The notes beneath the pieces were generated by a model, which was not told the DNA's origin, searched no databases, and saw only the letters and a program-made list of their open reading frames with translations. Positions 1 through 10,052 of a stretch of 64,000 bases of DNA are shown here, piece after piece. Origin of the DNA: Acidimicrobiales bacterium (GTDB lineage Bacteria > Actinomycetota > Acidimicrobiia > Acidimicrobiales > Ilumatobacteraceae); contig JBBREA010000001.1 of the NCBI GenBank assembly GCA_038203385.1, positions 25,196 to 89,195 of the forward strand. Direction: 5' to 3'. The number at the start of each line of letters is the position of its first letter. Position 1 is the stretch's first letter. The position numbers and the translations under genes are program-made.

Positions 1-216
1 GCGGTACTCGTGGACCGCGTACTCGGCGTGCAGCGGCGACAGCGCGTCGCAGACGGTACGCCACACCTCGTCCTCTCCTCGCGTGTAGGTAATGGTCGGG
101 GGCGGTCCGGATGGACGCTCGATCGACGCAGCAGCGATCTCCGCCCGCCGATCGAGGTACTCCAGGTCGCTCACACCAGGATGGCCGATCGGCAAGACCA
201 GTTCATCACGGTTCAT
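1..216 (-). CDS. phhA: Phenylalanine 4-hydroxylase, N-terminal part (runs off window start)
   Basis: Manual translation from ATG 216, absent from the ORF track: MNRDELVLPIGHPGVSDLEYLDRRAEIA...PTITYTRGEDEVWRTVCDALSPLHAEYAVHEYR. Matches the HPG..D..Y..RR..IA / YT..E..VW pattern of aromatic amino acid hydroxylases. Confidence 0.8.
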   Translation of the reverse strand, partial: MNRDELVLPIGHPGVSDLEYLDRRAEIAAASIERPSGPPPTITYTRGEDEVWRTVCDALSPLHAEYAVHEYR

Positions 217-332
217 GTAACGATGATCTCACAGGGGCATCGAATCGTCTACCACGTCTGTAATCGTCCCACGTGTGTAGCACGTGTGTAGAAGGGCGAG
301 CACGTCCAGCGGCACCCTGGCCGCCGAGCGCA

Positions 333-1286
333 CTAGCTGGGATGTTCTGCGTTGTGTGCCACCGGCACTTGGTCAAGTGGGGATGTACCGACCTCGGATG
401 TATCGAGTTGATCCGACTGCGGTGACGAGGGGTCGGCCGGAGCGCTGCTGCCGCTCTTCCACCATGCGACGGCGGCGATGAGGACCACTGCGCCGAGCAG
501 GTACCACGGGGCTTCGCTCGTACTGGGCAGCCGTCCGACCAGCCAGTTCTGCATGCCGAGCGCAGTGTCGACGATGGGATCAGCGCCGGTATAGCCCTGC
601 TTGAGGACACGAATCTCGAACCATCCGTAGTAGGCAACGTAAGCACCCGAGATCACGAGCAGGCCACCAGCGACGCGATTCATCACCGGGGCGATCCGGC
701 GGACCCGTGTGACGAGGCCGTCGCGAGCGAGTGCGACGGCGACCGTCAACACACCAACCACCACGCCCATGCCCACGCCGTAGAGCAGGAAGACCGTCAC
801 GCCCGATAGGTAATTCTCCGAGTTGAACGTGGCGGATGTGACACCCAAGAACGTGGGAAAGGTGCACGACAGCGACGCGATGGCGTACGACACCCCAAAC
901 AGATACATGGAGCTCATGGTGCCGTCGGCGCCGCCCCGCTGCAGTTTGGGAAGGCTCACGACGAACTCGCGCCCGGCGAGCAACGAGATACCCAGGAAAA
1001 AGATGCCGACACCGATCACGATGGTGGCCCACGGCAAGTAATCGTTGATGCTCGAAATCAGTTTGGTGATGACCACACCGAACAGACCGAACACGGTGAC
1101 GAAACCTGCAGTGAGCACTGCAGACACCTTGAGTGCCCGACCGACGGCACCGAGCCGACCAACCCCTGCGGCCTCATCCAAACTGATGAAGGCCGACAAA
1201 TACGCCGGCAGCAATGCGAACCCACACGGGTTGACGGTCGCCGCCATGCCAGCCGTGATAGCCAGGGCGAACGGTCCGTTCAACAC
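333..1286 (-). CDS. ccdA: Cytochrome c biogenesis protein, CcdA/DsbD transmembrane family
   Basis: NPCGFALLPAYL and ASLSCTFP motifs with multiple TM helices. Start trimmed to GTG 1286. Confidence 0.85.
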   Translation of the reverse strand: MLNGPFALAITAGMAATVNPCGFALLPAYLSAFISLDEAAGVGRLGAVGRALKVSAVLTAGFVTVFGLFGVVITKLISSINDYLPWATIVIGVGIFFLGISLLAGREFVVSLPKLQRGGADGTMSSMYLFGVSYAIASLSCTFPTFLGVTSATFNSENYLSGVTVFLLYGVGMGVVVGVLTVAVALARDGLVTRVRRIAPVMNRVAGGLLVISGAYVAYYGWFEIRVLKQGYTGADPIVDTALGMQNWLVGRLPSTSEAPWYLLGAVVLIAAVAWWKSGSSAPADPSSPQSDQLDTSEVGTSPLDQVPVAHNAEHPS

Positions 1287-1427
1287 GAGCTCAACCGTAC
1301 AGCCAAGGTGGAGCTGCGTTGAGGCAGGGCGCCAGCACGATGCATCAGGAACCCGGGCTGTCAGTCGATCGGCAGCGACTGATTCTCGTGAGGCACTGCA
1401 AGCCCGCCACGTGTACCGTCGACGGGC

Positions 1428-2057
1428 GTGCCACCGACACTCGCTCCCGTCACCTTGACCGGCCGGTTCGTGCAACTCGAACCGCTGTCGATGGCCCACG
1501 TCGACGCGTTGGCGGCGGCAGCTGCGGTCGACCGGTCGAGCTTCGGGTGGACCGTGGTTCCCGACGGCACCGACGCAATGCGGAAGTACGTTGCCGGGCT
1601 CCTCGACGACCACGCGGCACTCAGGGTGCTGCCGTTTGCGCAACACGACCTCACCAGCCGCACGGTGGTGGGGTGCACCCGATTCCTCTACCCATATTGG
1701 TGGAGGGGTCGTGCGGAGCCCGATGAGATCGAGATCGGTGGCACCTGGTTGGGTGCAGCAGCGCAACGCACGCCGATCAACTCAGAAGCCAAGCTGCTCT
1801 TGCTTGGTCACGCGTTCGAAACGTACGGCGTCTGGCGTGTGTCGATCTGCACCGACGAGAACAACACACGCAGTCGAACAGCGATCGAGCGCATCGGCGC
1901 CACGTTCGAGGGTGTGCAACGCAATCACCGTGTTCGCGCCGGTGAGTTCGGAAACCCCACCGGGGAAGTCATCGCCCGGAACACTGCGGTGTACTCGATC
2001 ATCGAGAGAGAGTGGCCGCGCGTCCGCGACGGACTCACTGCGCGGCTTGGAGCCTGA
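1428..2057 (+). CDS. GNAT N-acetyltransferase (RimJ/RimL-like)
   Basis: EIGGTW, NSEAKLLLL, NTRSRTAIERIGATFEG motifs. Confidence 0.88.
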   Translation: MPPTLAPVTLTGRFVQLEPLSMAHVDALAAAAAVDRSSFGWTVVPDGTDAMRKYVAGLLDDHAALRVLPFAQHDLTSRTVVGCTRFLYPYWWRGRAEPDEIEIGGTWLGAAAQRTPINSEAKLLLLGHAFETYGVWRVSICTDENNTRSRTAIERIGATFEGVQRNHRVRAGEFGNPTGEVIARNTAVYSIIEREWPRVRDGLTARLGA

Positions 2058-2666
2058 GTGGAAGCACTCGTCGTTGTTGCTCACCCGTGCGACGACTCGT
2101 TCGCCCACGCCGCAACGGTGCGCGCCGTGGCTGGGTTGGAGGCAGCCGGTCACTCGACGACCCTGGTCGACCTGTACGCGGAGAAGTTCGTCGCTGCGAT
2201 GTCGCGGGAAGAACACCACGCATACCTCAGGGACGCGCCGACACTCGACACGGACGCGCCAACACTCGACGATCAAGCAATCCGGCACGGCGAGCTGCTC
2301 AGCGCTGCTGAGATCGTGGTGTTTGTGTACCCGACCTGGTGGAGCGGGCTTCCCGCCATGTTGAAGGGTTGGATCGACAGGGTGCTGGTGCCTGGAGTGG
2401 CTTTCACGTTCGATGCTCGCGGGAAGCTTCGACCGGGTCTCACTCAGGTCAAACACATCGTAGGCATCAGCACCTACGGCTCACCGCGAATCTATGTGGC
2501 GGCGATCAACGACAACGGGCGGCGCACCATCACGCGAGCGTTCCGTGTGTCGTGCGGGCTGCGTACACGCACCACGTGGATGGGTCTGTACGCGATCGAC
2601 ACGCGCACCGATGCAGAGCGCACAGCCTTCCTCGATCGAATCGAACTGAAGATGAGCTCGATCTGA
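2058..2666 (+). CDS. NAD(P)H-dependent oxidoreductase (flavodoxin-like fold)
   Basis: AHP...SF, YPTWWSGLPAMLKGWIDRV. Confidence 0.88.
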   Translation: MEALVVVAHPCDDSFAHAATVRAVAGLEAAGHSTTLVDLYAEKFVAAMSREEHHAYLRDAPTLDTDAPTLDDQAIRHGELLSAAEIVVFVYPTWWSGLPAMLKGWIDRVLVPGVAFTFDARGKLRPGLTQVKHIVGISTYGSPRIYVAAINDNGRRTITRAFRVSCGLRTRTTWMGLYAIDTRTDAERTAFLDRIELKMSSI

Positions 2667-3250
2667 TGCGAGTGCTCGTCATCTACTGCCACCCCGATCC
2701 AGGATCCTTCGTCGCTGCGGCTCGCGACCGAGCGTTGGCCGGGCTCGCGGCTGCAGCGCACGATGTTCGATGCACGGATCTGTACAGCGACGGGTTTCAA
2801 CCCGAAATGACCGCTACCGAACGTCGCACTCACGCCGTGCCGGGCCTCGCCAGCGACTTACAGCCCTACGCAGATGACCTGCAATGGGCTGAAGCCCTTG
2901 TGCTGATCTACCCCACGTGGTGGAGTGCACAGCCCGCAGTATTGAAAGGGTGGATCGACCGTGTGTGGGTCGCCGGAGTCGCATGGGAGCTGCCCGAAGG
3001 CAAGCAGGTGTTGCGCCCGCTCCTCACCAATGTGCGCCGCATCGTCGTCGTCACAACACACGGCTCGTCCAAGTTCGTCAACGCAGTAGAAGGCGAAGCG
3101 GGCAAGCGAACAATGACCCGTTCGATCCGCACGATGTGCTCGAAACGAACCCGAACCACATGGTGCGCGCTCTACGGAGTAGACGACTCCACTCCCCAGC
3201 GCCGGGCCAAGTTTCTCGACCGAGTCGAACGAACGATGGCCAAGCTCTGA
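2666..3250 (+). CDS. NAD(P)H-dependent oxidoreductase (flavodoxin-like fold), tandem paralog
   Basis: ATG overlaps the upstream TGA. CHPDPGSF, YPTWWSAQPAVLKGWIDRV. Confidence 0.88.
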   Translation: MRVLVIYCHPDPGSFVAAARDRALAGLAAAAHDVRCTDLYSDGFQPEMTATERRTHAVPGLASDLQPYADDLQWAEALVLIYPTWWSAQPAVLKGWIDRVWVAGVAWELPEGKQVLRPLLTNVRRIVVVTTHGSSKFVNAVEGEAGKRTMTRSIRTMCSKRTRTTWCALYGVDDSTPQRRAKFLDRVERTMAKL

Positions 3251-3262
3251 CAAGGCTCGATG

Positions 3263-4165
3263 CTACGCAGCGGCAATGGCGACGGCGATGCCTGCCGCGA
3301 CGCGCGCGTTGTTCTCGGCGAGCGCCAGGTTGGCGGGAACGCTTCGACCGGCAGTGGCGTCGGCGATGCGTCCGAGCACGAACGGCGTAACGGCGGCCCC
3401 GACGATCCCAGCTGCGTCAGCATCGGCCAGCGCACCGGTGAGCACAACATCGAGCGCAGCGACGTCGAGTTCGGCATCGCTCGGAATCGGCACGCCCACC
3501 AACACACCGGAACGATCGCGCGTGCGGTTCGCGAGAACGGCGGCCACTTCGGCCGCAGTCTCGACACGATGCGGCACGGGAAGTCCCGACGTGCGCGTGT
3601 AGAACGCAGGGAAGAAATCGTGTTGCCAACCGAGTACTGGCACGCCAACCGTTTCGAGATACTCGAGCGTCCGTGCGAGATCCAGGAACGCCTTTGCGCC
3701 GGCACACACCGTCACTACTGCATGGTGCGCGAGGGCATCGAGATCGGCACTGATGTCGCCGGTCAGTTCTGCGCCGCGATGCACACCGCCGATACCGCCG
3801 GTCGCGAACACGTTCACTCCTGCTGCTGCAGCCAAGGCGACCGAGGCCGAGACCGTGGTGGCGCCGAACTCCCAACGTTGAGCGATCGCAACGGGCAGGT
3901 CGCGTTCGGCAGCCTTGCGGGCAGCACCCAGGATCCTGTCGTACTCGTGGGGTTCCAATCCCACCCGCGCAACCCCATCGAGCACTGCGGTGACGGCGGG
4001 CACCGCTCCCCCATCGCGAACTGCGGCGATGCAGCGTTCCAACGCCTCGGCGTTCGATGGTGAGGGCAGACCGAGGTTCGAGAAGATCGTGGATTCCAGC
4101 GCCACCACTGCCTGGCCGTCACCGATGGCTTGGGCTGCTTCAGTGGAGAGTTGAGGGCTGATCAC
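3263..4165 (-). CDS. psuG: Pseudouridine-5'-phosphate glycosidase
   Basis: VALESTI, GATTVSA, FATGGIGGVHRG, DISADL, CAGAKAFLD. Confidence 0.93.
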   Translation of the reverse strand: MISPQLSTEAAQAIGDGQAVVALESTIFSNLGLPSPSNAEALERCIAAVRDGGAVPAVTAVLDGVARVGLEPHEYDRILGAARKAAERDLPVAIAQRWEFGATTVSASVALAAAAGVNVFATGGIGGVHRGAELTGDISADLDALAHHAVVTVCAGAKAFLDLARTLEYLETVGVPVLGWQHDFFPAFYTRTSGLPVPHRVETAAEVAAVLANRTRDRSGVLVGVPIPSDAELDVAALDVVLTGALADADAAGIVGAAVTPFVLGRIADATAGRSVPANLALAENNARVAAGIAVAIAAA

Positions 4166-4205
4166 CCGAACAGTGTGCCAGCGAGTCAACCGGGAGCCAG
4201 CGTGG

Positions 4206-5402
4206 TCAATCGGCTCGCACGAAACGTGTGACGGCCTCGACGTGGTGCGTGTGGGGAAACAGATCGAGCACTTGCGTGCCGTCGTGGCGATAGCCGGCAC
4301 GTTGCAGCAACTGTGCATCACGGGCGAGCGCCACGGGATCGCAGCTCACCAGCACCACGACAGGGGCGCCGATGGCGATCGTGGTGGCCACCCCTGGCTT
4401 GCTGAGGCCGGTGCGAGCTGGATCGGCTATGACCACGTCGACCGACACGTCCGCCGGCGGCCGCCAACGACCGAACTCGCTCAACACGATCGAGGCCGTG
4501 CGGCCCCGCAGATTGACCTTGCAGTCCGCCACAGCAGATTTCGAGTTCTCGACCGTGATGACGAATGCCTCGGGCCGAACCGCAGCGGCAGCGAACAGAC
4601 CGACTCCGGCGTACGCGTCCACGACGGTGCCGGCGCGGGCCAGTTCGGGAGCAGCCCGTTGCACCGCTTCCACCAGCAAGTCGGCAGCAGCCGGACCACT
4701 CTGAAAGAACGATCCCGTCGACACACGGAGCCTCGCACCCGAAACGACCTCGGTGAGGTGTGCGTTGGGTCCGACCATCACGTCGTCCCCAAGACCTCCG
4801 ACCTCCCCCAACTGCACGTCCCACCGAGCGGTGACTTCCCCGGTGGCGACCGACGTTCGCAACGCCACTTCGAGGTCGGGAGTGATCAGCATCGATTCGA
4901 GCACGTGGCGCAGCCGTGGATGAGCGACCATGCAACCGTCGGCCTCGACCGCATCGTGTGAACCTTCGCGGCGATACGCAGCCCGACCATGGCGGTCGCC
5001 GATCACACGAATGGTGGTGCGATATCCCTCGCTGGACACCGACGGCCCTGTCACCACAGTCGCGTCTGGCAGCTTGGCCGTCCGCCGCAGCGCATCCAGA
5101 ACGATGTCAGTCTTCGCGTCACCCTGCGCTAGCACCGACAGGTGTTGCCAATCGCACCCACCGCAGCCCGCGACCCGGTGTGGGCACGGTGGCTCGACAC
5201 GATGTTCGGACGGCTCGTACACGCGAAGGGCCACGCCGCGCGACCAGTCTTGCTTCTGCTCGGTGATGTGCAGATCGACCAGCTCTCCGGGCAAGCCGCC
5301 ACGCACGAACACCACTCGCCCGTCGAGGTCACGAGCAAGGGTCTCACCGCCGGCGACGAACCGCTCCGGGCGAACCTGGATCAAGGGCATCTCGCCGATC
5401 AT
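4206..5402 (-). CDS. TRAM-domain class I SAM-dependent RNA m5U methyltransferase (RlmD/TrmA family)
   Basis: CPH...CGGCDWQH Fe-S motif, SFFQ, DAYAGVG, VSCDP, DLFPHTHHVE. Confidence 0.9.
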   Translation of the reverse strand: MIGEMPLIQVRPERFVAGGETLARDLDGRVVFVRGGLPGELVDLHITEQKQDWSRGVALRVYEPSEHRVEPPCPHRVAGCGGCDWQHLSVLAQGDAKTDIVLDALRRTAKLPDATVVTGPSVSSEGYRTTIRVIGDRHGRAAYRREGSHDAVEADGCMVAHPRLRHVLESMLITPDLEVALRTSVATGEVTARWDVQLGEVGGLGDDVMVGPNAHLTEVVSGARLRVSTGSFFQSGPAAADLLVEAVQRAAPELARAGTVVDAYAGVGLFAAAAVRPEAFVITVENSKSAVADCKVNLRGRTASIVLSEFGRWRPPADVSVDVVIADPARTGLSKPGVATTIAIGAPVVVLVSCDPVALARDAQLLQRAGYRHDGTQVLDLFPHTHHVEAVTRFVRAD

Positions 5403-5492
5403 AAGACGTCCAGCCGCGTTGCGTTCCTGCGCCGCTCGCAGCATGGCGAGCAGTATCGCGACACATACCGAGGTTGGGCGTGCCAGGCTGGG

Positions 5493-5711
5493 ATGATGAG
5501 CGACACCGAAGAATGGTTTTGGGACCTCGATCGCAAACAAGCAGTGCAATCGCAGGATCGCGGCCCAGGCGACAACACAATGGGTCCCTATCCCAGCAAG
5601 GAGGCCGCTGAGAACTGGAAATCGACCTCCGAGCAGCGCAACGAAACGTGGGACAGCGCCGACGATGCATGGAATGACTGGCCCGACGGCCAACCCGAAC
5701 CTGACACCTGA
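5493..5711 (+). CDS. Small conserved actinobacterial hypothetical protein
   Basis: MMSDTEEWFWDL...MGPYPSKEAAE...RNETWD pattern. Confidence 0.7.
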   Translation: MMSDTEEWFWDLDRKQAVQSQDRGPGDNTMGPYPSKEAAENWKSTSEQRNETWDSADDAWNDWPDGQPEPDT

Positions 5712-5770
5712 CGATAGGGGTCTGACCCCTGTCGTCAGTCTGACGATAGGGGTCTGACCCCTATCGTCAG
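5708..5770. repeat. Tandem pair of 31-bp palindromes with GGGGTCTGACCCC core (REP-like / bidirectional terminator)
   Basis: ctgacgataggggtctgacccctgtcgtcag (5708-5738) and ctgacgataggggtctgacccctatcgtcag (5740-5770), between convergent genes. Confidence 0.8.
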
Positions 5771-5781
5771 GTCGGCTTTCG

Positions 5782-6465
5782 TCAGGGTAGGCGTGCGGCT
5801 TCGGCTAGCTCTCGCAGTTCGGTGACAGCCGCTGCCTTTCCGCCTGGGTGTTTGTACAACCAGCTGCCAGAAATCAGCACGTTTGCACCAGCCGCGGAAA
5901 CGCTGCCTACTGTCACCGAACTGATCCCCCCGTCGACCTCCACGTGGACGCCTTGGAGGCCACGGCGATCGAGCATGGCCCGCACTTCTGTGACCTTGGG
6001 TTCCATGGTGGCGATGTATCCCTGCCCGCCGAAACCCGGGTTGACGGTCATCACGAGCACCATGTCGACCAGGTCCAGCACATGCTCGACCGCAGACGCC
6101 GGGGTGGCAGGGTTCAACGCAACGGCCGCAGTAGCACCCATCGACGCGATGTTCGCGAGTGTTCGATGCAGGTGAGTGCACGCCTCGGCGTGGACGATCA
6201 ACCGCGAGCAGCCGGCGTCGACGTATTGCTGCGCCATCACGTCGGGCGTGTACACCATGAGGTGCGCCTCGAACGGCAGCGACGTGTGCTGACGAGCGGC
6301 AGCGATGACGTCAGGACCGAATGTGAGATTGGGCACGAACTGGCCGTCCATCACATCCCATTGGATGTGATCAACCCCGGCGGCTTCGAGCTCGGCGACC
6401 TCCTCGCCCAGCCGCGCAAAGTCGGCCGGCAACACGGATGGCACGATCTGAATCGGCAGGCTCAC
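5782..6465 (-). CDS. rpe: Ribulose-phosphate 3-epimerase
   Basis: PSVLPADF, DVMDGQFVPNLTFG, MTVNPGFGGQ, VDGGI. Confidence 0.95.
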   Translation of the reverse strand: MSLPIQIVPSVLPADFARLGEEVAELEAAGVDHIQWDVMDGQFVPNLTFGPDVIAAARQHTSLPFEAHLMVYTPDVMAQQYVDAGCSRLIVHAEACTHLHRTLANIASMGATAAVALNPATPASAVEHVLDLVDMVLVMTVNPGFGGQGYIATMEPKVTEVRAMLDRRGLQGVHVEVDGGISSVTVGSVSAAGANVLISGSWLYKHPGGKAAAVTELRELAEAARLP

Positions 6466-6542
6466 GAGAGGCGAACCTACTTCAGCACTGACCGTGACGC
6501 CCAGCCACGCCGGCGGCCACGAGGCGGCCGGACGGTGTGCCG

Positions 6543-7499
6543 TCAGCCGACTGCGAGCCCGATTCCAAAGGCCAGGCCGTACACCATCTGCACGCGACCG
6601 GTGCCGCCGAGCACCGGGATCAGCGCCGGGCCCTTCGCCCCGCTCATCACGAGGCGGGCTGGTTCGACCGCTGCAACTGCGGCAATCGCGGCGACGAGCG
6701 CCCATGGACGCCAGATCGCTGACAACGCCACGCAGCCGAAGGCGGCACAGATCAGGCCGACGTAGAACGTGCGTGTCGCAGCATCACCCAACCGAACCGC
6801 CAGGGTGTGCTTGCCGACACTTCGATCGGTGGGGATGTCTCGCAGGTTGTTCACCACCAACAATGAGCACGCGAGGAACCCCACTCCCGACGCTGCGACC
6901 CACGTCACCGCGGGGACCGATTCCAAGGCCAAGTAGGCGGTGCCTACGGTGGCGACGAGCCCGAAAAAGACGAACACGAACAGTTCACCCAGACCGAGGT
7001 ACCCGTACGGCTTTGGACCGCCGGTGTATCCCCATGCGGCAGCGATGGCAACAGCACCGACCGCCAACAACCACCACGACGTGGCCGCTGCCAACCCGAG
7101 GCCGATCACGCCGGCCAACCCGAACGTCGCAAACGCCGCACGTTTCACCGAGACTGGCGAGGCTGTGCCGCTGGCCACGAGACGCATTGGGCCGACGCGC
7201 ACGTCGTCGGTGCCGCGCACCCCGTCTGAGTAGTCGTTCGCGTAGTTCACACCCACCTGCAGCAACAGGGACACCGCAAGTGCACCGACCACGCGCCACC
7301 ACACGACGAGATCGATCCCATCCGCGAGATCAGCTGTCACACCCACTGCGCATCCGGCGCCAACCACAACAGGTACCAACGCCGCTGGCAACGTGCGCGG
7401 TCGCGCCCCTGCCAACCAGTCGGACCAAGTGGGCGTCAGGGGGCGTGTTGGTGGGTTTGGCGCCTGCGGATCGGGTGTCGGTTGGGTGGGATGTGACAT
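6543..7499 (-). CDS. menA: 1,4-dihydroxy-2-naphthoate polyprenyltransferase
   Basis: ARPRTLPAA, NYANDYSDGVRGTD, NNLRDIPTD. Confidence 0.93.
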   Translation of the reverse strand: MSHPTQPTPDPQAPNPPTRPLTPTWSDWLAGARPRTLPAALVPVVVGAGCAVGVTADLADGIDLVVWWRVVGALAVSLLLQVGVNYANDYSDGVRGTDDVRVGPMRLVASGTASPVSVKRAAFATFGLAGVIGLGLAAATSWWLLAVGAVAIAAAWGYTGGPKPYGYLGLGELFVFVFFGLVATVGTAYLALESVPAVTWVAASGVGFLACSLLVVNNLRDIPTDRSVGKHTLAVRLGDAATRTFYVGLICAAFGCVALSAIWRPWALVAAIAAVAAVEPARLVMSGAKGPALIPVLGGTGRVQMVYGLAFGIGLAVG

Positions 7500-7519
7500 G
7501 TGTCGGCCATGATGGGCCG

Positions 7520-8926
7520 GTGAGCGAACTCTGGCAACTCTCGGCCCTCGAAATCGCCGCTGCCATCCGCAGAGGGGAGACCTCATCTCGCGAGGTGGTT
7601 GCTGCCCACTATGCCCGTATGGATGCGGTGAACCCGTCGCTGAACGCAGTCGTCAGGCGCCTCGAGGCCACGGCGTATGCCGCTGCAGATGTCGCCGATC
7701 GAGCGGTAGCCGATGGCGATCCGCTCCCGCCGCTGCACGGCGTTCCCATCACTGTGAAGGAGAACATCGACGTTGCCGGCACGCCCACCACCCAGGGCGT
7801 GCCGTTGCTCGCCGATGCTGTTGCCAGCATCGACGCTCCAACTGTCGAACGCATTCGCGCGGCAGGCGCAATTCCCATCGCCCGCACGAACATGCCAGAC
7901 CTCGGCCTTCGGGTGCACACCCGCTCCACGTTGCACGGGCTCACCCGCAACCCTTGGAATCCGCACGTCACCGCCGGCGGATCGAGTGGTGGTGAGGCAT
8001 CGGCGATCGCATCGGGAATGAGCCCGCTCGGCCTCGGCAACGACATTGGTGGCTCGCTTCGCAATCCGGCGCACTGCTGCGGAATCGCTTCGATCAAGCC
8101 CACCACCGGAGTCGTGCCGATGGCAACGACGATTCCCCCCGAAGACGCGATGCTGTCCGCACAGGTCATGCTCGCCGAGGGGCCGATGGCTCGCCACGTT
8201 GCCGACGTTCGAGCAGCACTCATTGCAATCGCCGGGTGGAGCCATCGCGATCCGCGTTCGGTGCCGGCAGTGTTGACCGATCTCTCACCCGACGAGAAAG
8301 TCACGATTGCGGTCATGGCCGACCCACCTGGCGGACAGACGCATCCAGGCATCGCGTCCGCAGTTCGCCAGGCGGCCGACCTGTTGGCCGATGCCGGGCA
8401 CCACGTGGTGGAAGCGATCCCACCCGAGTATGACCACGTTGCCGAGGCTTGGGCGATGCTGCTGCTCGGCGATCTGCACGCCACACGCGAGCTGCTGAAC
8501 GCGGTCATGTCGCCAGATGCCCGCACCGTCGTCGACGCCCTTGCGGATCAGTACCCAGCTCCAACCACGGAATCCATGGCGCTGCTGCAGGCCGAGCGGT
8601 TCCGTCTTGCGCGGCTGTGGTCGGAATTCTTCGTCGCCTTTCCTGTGCTGCTGTCGCCCACGTGGGCGCTTCCGGCGTTCGATCACGATGCCGATCTCCG
8701 AGGCAGTGAGGTAGACGAGCTCCTCCGCGACACATTGCGGCCGGTACTGCCGGCGAATCTCCTCGGCCTCCCGGCGGCGGTTGTGCCGTGCGGCATGGCG
8801 GCCGGTTTGCCGGTGGGGGTACAGGTCATGGGCGACCGCTTCAACGACCTGCGTTGCCTCAGCATCGCCGAACAGATTCAGCACGCCGCAGGCGTACACA
8901 CCCCCATCGATCCCGTCGCAGGGTAG
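7520..8926 (+). CDS. Amidase (amidase signature family)
   Basis: HGVPITVKEN, GGSSGGEA, GNDIGGSLRNPA. Start GTG 7520. Confidence 0.92.
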   Translation: MSELWQLSALEIAAAIRRGETSSREVVAAHYARMDAVNPSLNAVVRRLEATAYAAADVADRAVADGDPLPPLHGVPITVKENIDVAGTPTTQGVPLLADAVASIDAPTVERIRAAGAIPIARTNMPDLGLRVHTRSTLHGLTRNPWNPHVTAGGSSGGEASAIASGMSPLGLGNDIGGSLRNPAHCCGIASIKPTTGVVPMATTIPPEDAMLSAQVMLAEGPMARHVADVRAALIAIAGWSHRDPRSVPAVLTDLSPDEKVTIAVMADPPGGQTHPGIASAVRQAADLLADAGHHVVEAIPPEYDHVAEAWAMLLLGDLHATRELLNAVMSPDARTVVDALADQYPAPTTESMALLQAERFRLARLWSEFFVAFPVLLSPTWALPAFDHDADLRGSEVDELLRDTLRPVLPANLLGLPAAVVPCGMAAGLPVGVQVMGDRFNDLRCLSIAEQIQHAAGVHTPIDPVAG

Positions 8927-8930
8927 ACCC

Positions 8931-10052
8931 ATGCCTCGGCTCGTCGCGCTCGATCTGGAAGGTGGCCCAGGATTCGTTGCCGCGTTGCAGCGGGTCTGGG
9001 ACGCTGGCGACGCCGCGCTACCCCTTGATCAACGGCTGCAGATTGACCAACGACGCGCGCTTGCATCGTCGTTTGCAGTGAGTGCAGTTGTCGACGCCAC
9101 GGGTGAGCAGCGACTGCCCGATGGCCAACCAACCGAGGTCGACGATGCGCTCGTGGTGGCCACCAGTGGCTCCACAGGTGTTCCGAAGGGGGTGGTGCTC
9201 ACTCATGGTGCGGTTGCCGCCTCGGCCACAGCGACGTCGCGGCGGCTTGGCGTGACCTCCGACGATCACTGGCTGGCATGCCTGCCCTTGAACCACGTCG
9301 GCGGACTGTCCGTCGTCACCCGTGCCCTCCACTTCGGCACCCGCCTCACGGTGCATTCCCAGTTCAACGCGCTCGATGTCATGGCGAGTGGAGCGACCCA
9401 CGTTTCGCTCGTCGCCACTACTCTCGCACGCATCGATCCGAGTGTCTTCCGGGTCATCGTGTTGGGCGGATCGCGCCCTCCGGACCACATTCCAGCCAAC
9501 GCAGTCGTCACGTATGGCATGACCGAAACGGGCAGCGGCGTGGTCTATGACGGTCTCCCGCTCGACGGCGTCGAAGTCAGGATGAGCGACGGCGAACTGC
9601 AGGTGAGGTGCCCGATGTTGATGCGCTGCTACCGGGACGGCAGCATTCCGTTCACCCCTGACGGGTGGTATCCAACGGGGGATCTCGGCGACATCGACAG
9701 CTCCGGTCGAGTCCGAGCCTTTGGCCGCGCCGACGACCTCATCATCACCGGCGGTGAAAACGTGTGGCCAGAGACCGTGGAACACGCGCTCGTCGGTTTC
9801 CCAGGCCTTGCTGACCTCGCCATCGCCGGTCGACCTGATCCCGAATGGGGCGAGATCGTGGTTGCCCACATCGTCCAGGGGCCCCACACGTCGCCGGTGT
9901 CTCTGCAGTCACTCCGGGAACACGTGAAGGTAACTTTGCCGGCCTTCGCGGCGCCTCGCCAACTGGTCATACACGACAAGTTGCCTCGCACCTCCATCGG
10001 AAAGATCCAGAGGGAGTGCCTGAAAGACCTGCCAGACTCATCAACAACGTGA
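8931..10052 (+). CDS. menE: o-succinylbenzoate-CoA ligase-like AMP-binding enzyme
   Basis: TSGSTGVPKG, YGMTET, GRADDLIITGGENV. Near menA. Confidence 0.8.
   Translation: MPRLVALDLEGGPGFVAALQRVWDAGDAALPLDQRLQIDQRRALASSFAVSAVVDATGEQRLPDGQPTEVDDALVVATSGSTGVPKGVVLTHGAVAASATATSRRLGVTSDDHWLACLPLNHVGGLSVVTRALHFGTRLTVHSQFNALDVMASGATHVSLVATTLARIDPSVFRVIVLGGSRPPDHIPANAVVTYGMTETGSGVVYDGLPLDGVEVRMSDGELQVRCPMLMRCYRDGSIPFTPDGWYPTGDLGDIDSSGRVRAFGRADDLIITGGENVWPETVEHALVGFPGLADLAIAGRPDPEWGEIVVAHIVQGPHTSPVSLQSLREHVKVTLPAFAAPRQLVIHDKLPRTSIGKIQRECLKDLPDSSTT

Noticed and set aside
2233-2271. Duplicated DAPTLD segment in the oxidoreductase
   Set aside because: Small in-frame slippage duplication in a loop with no sign of function.
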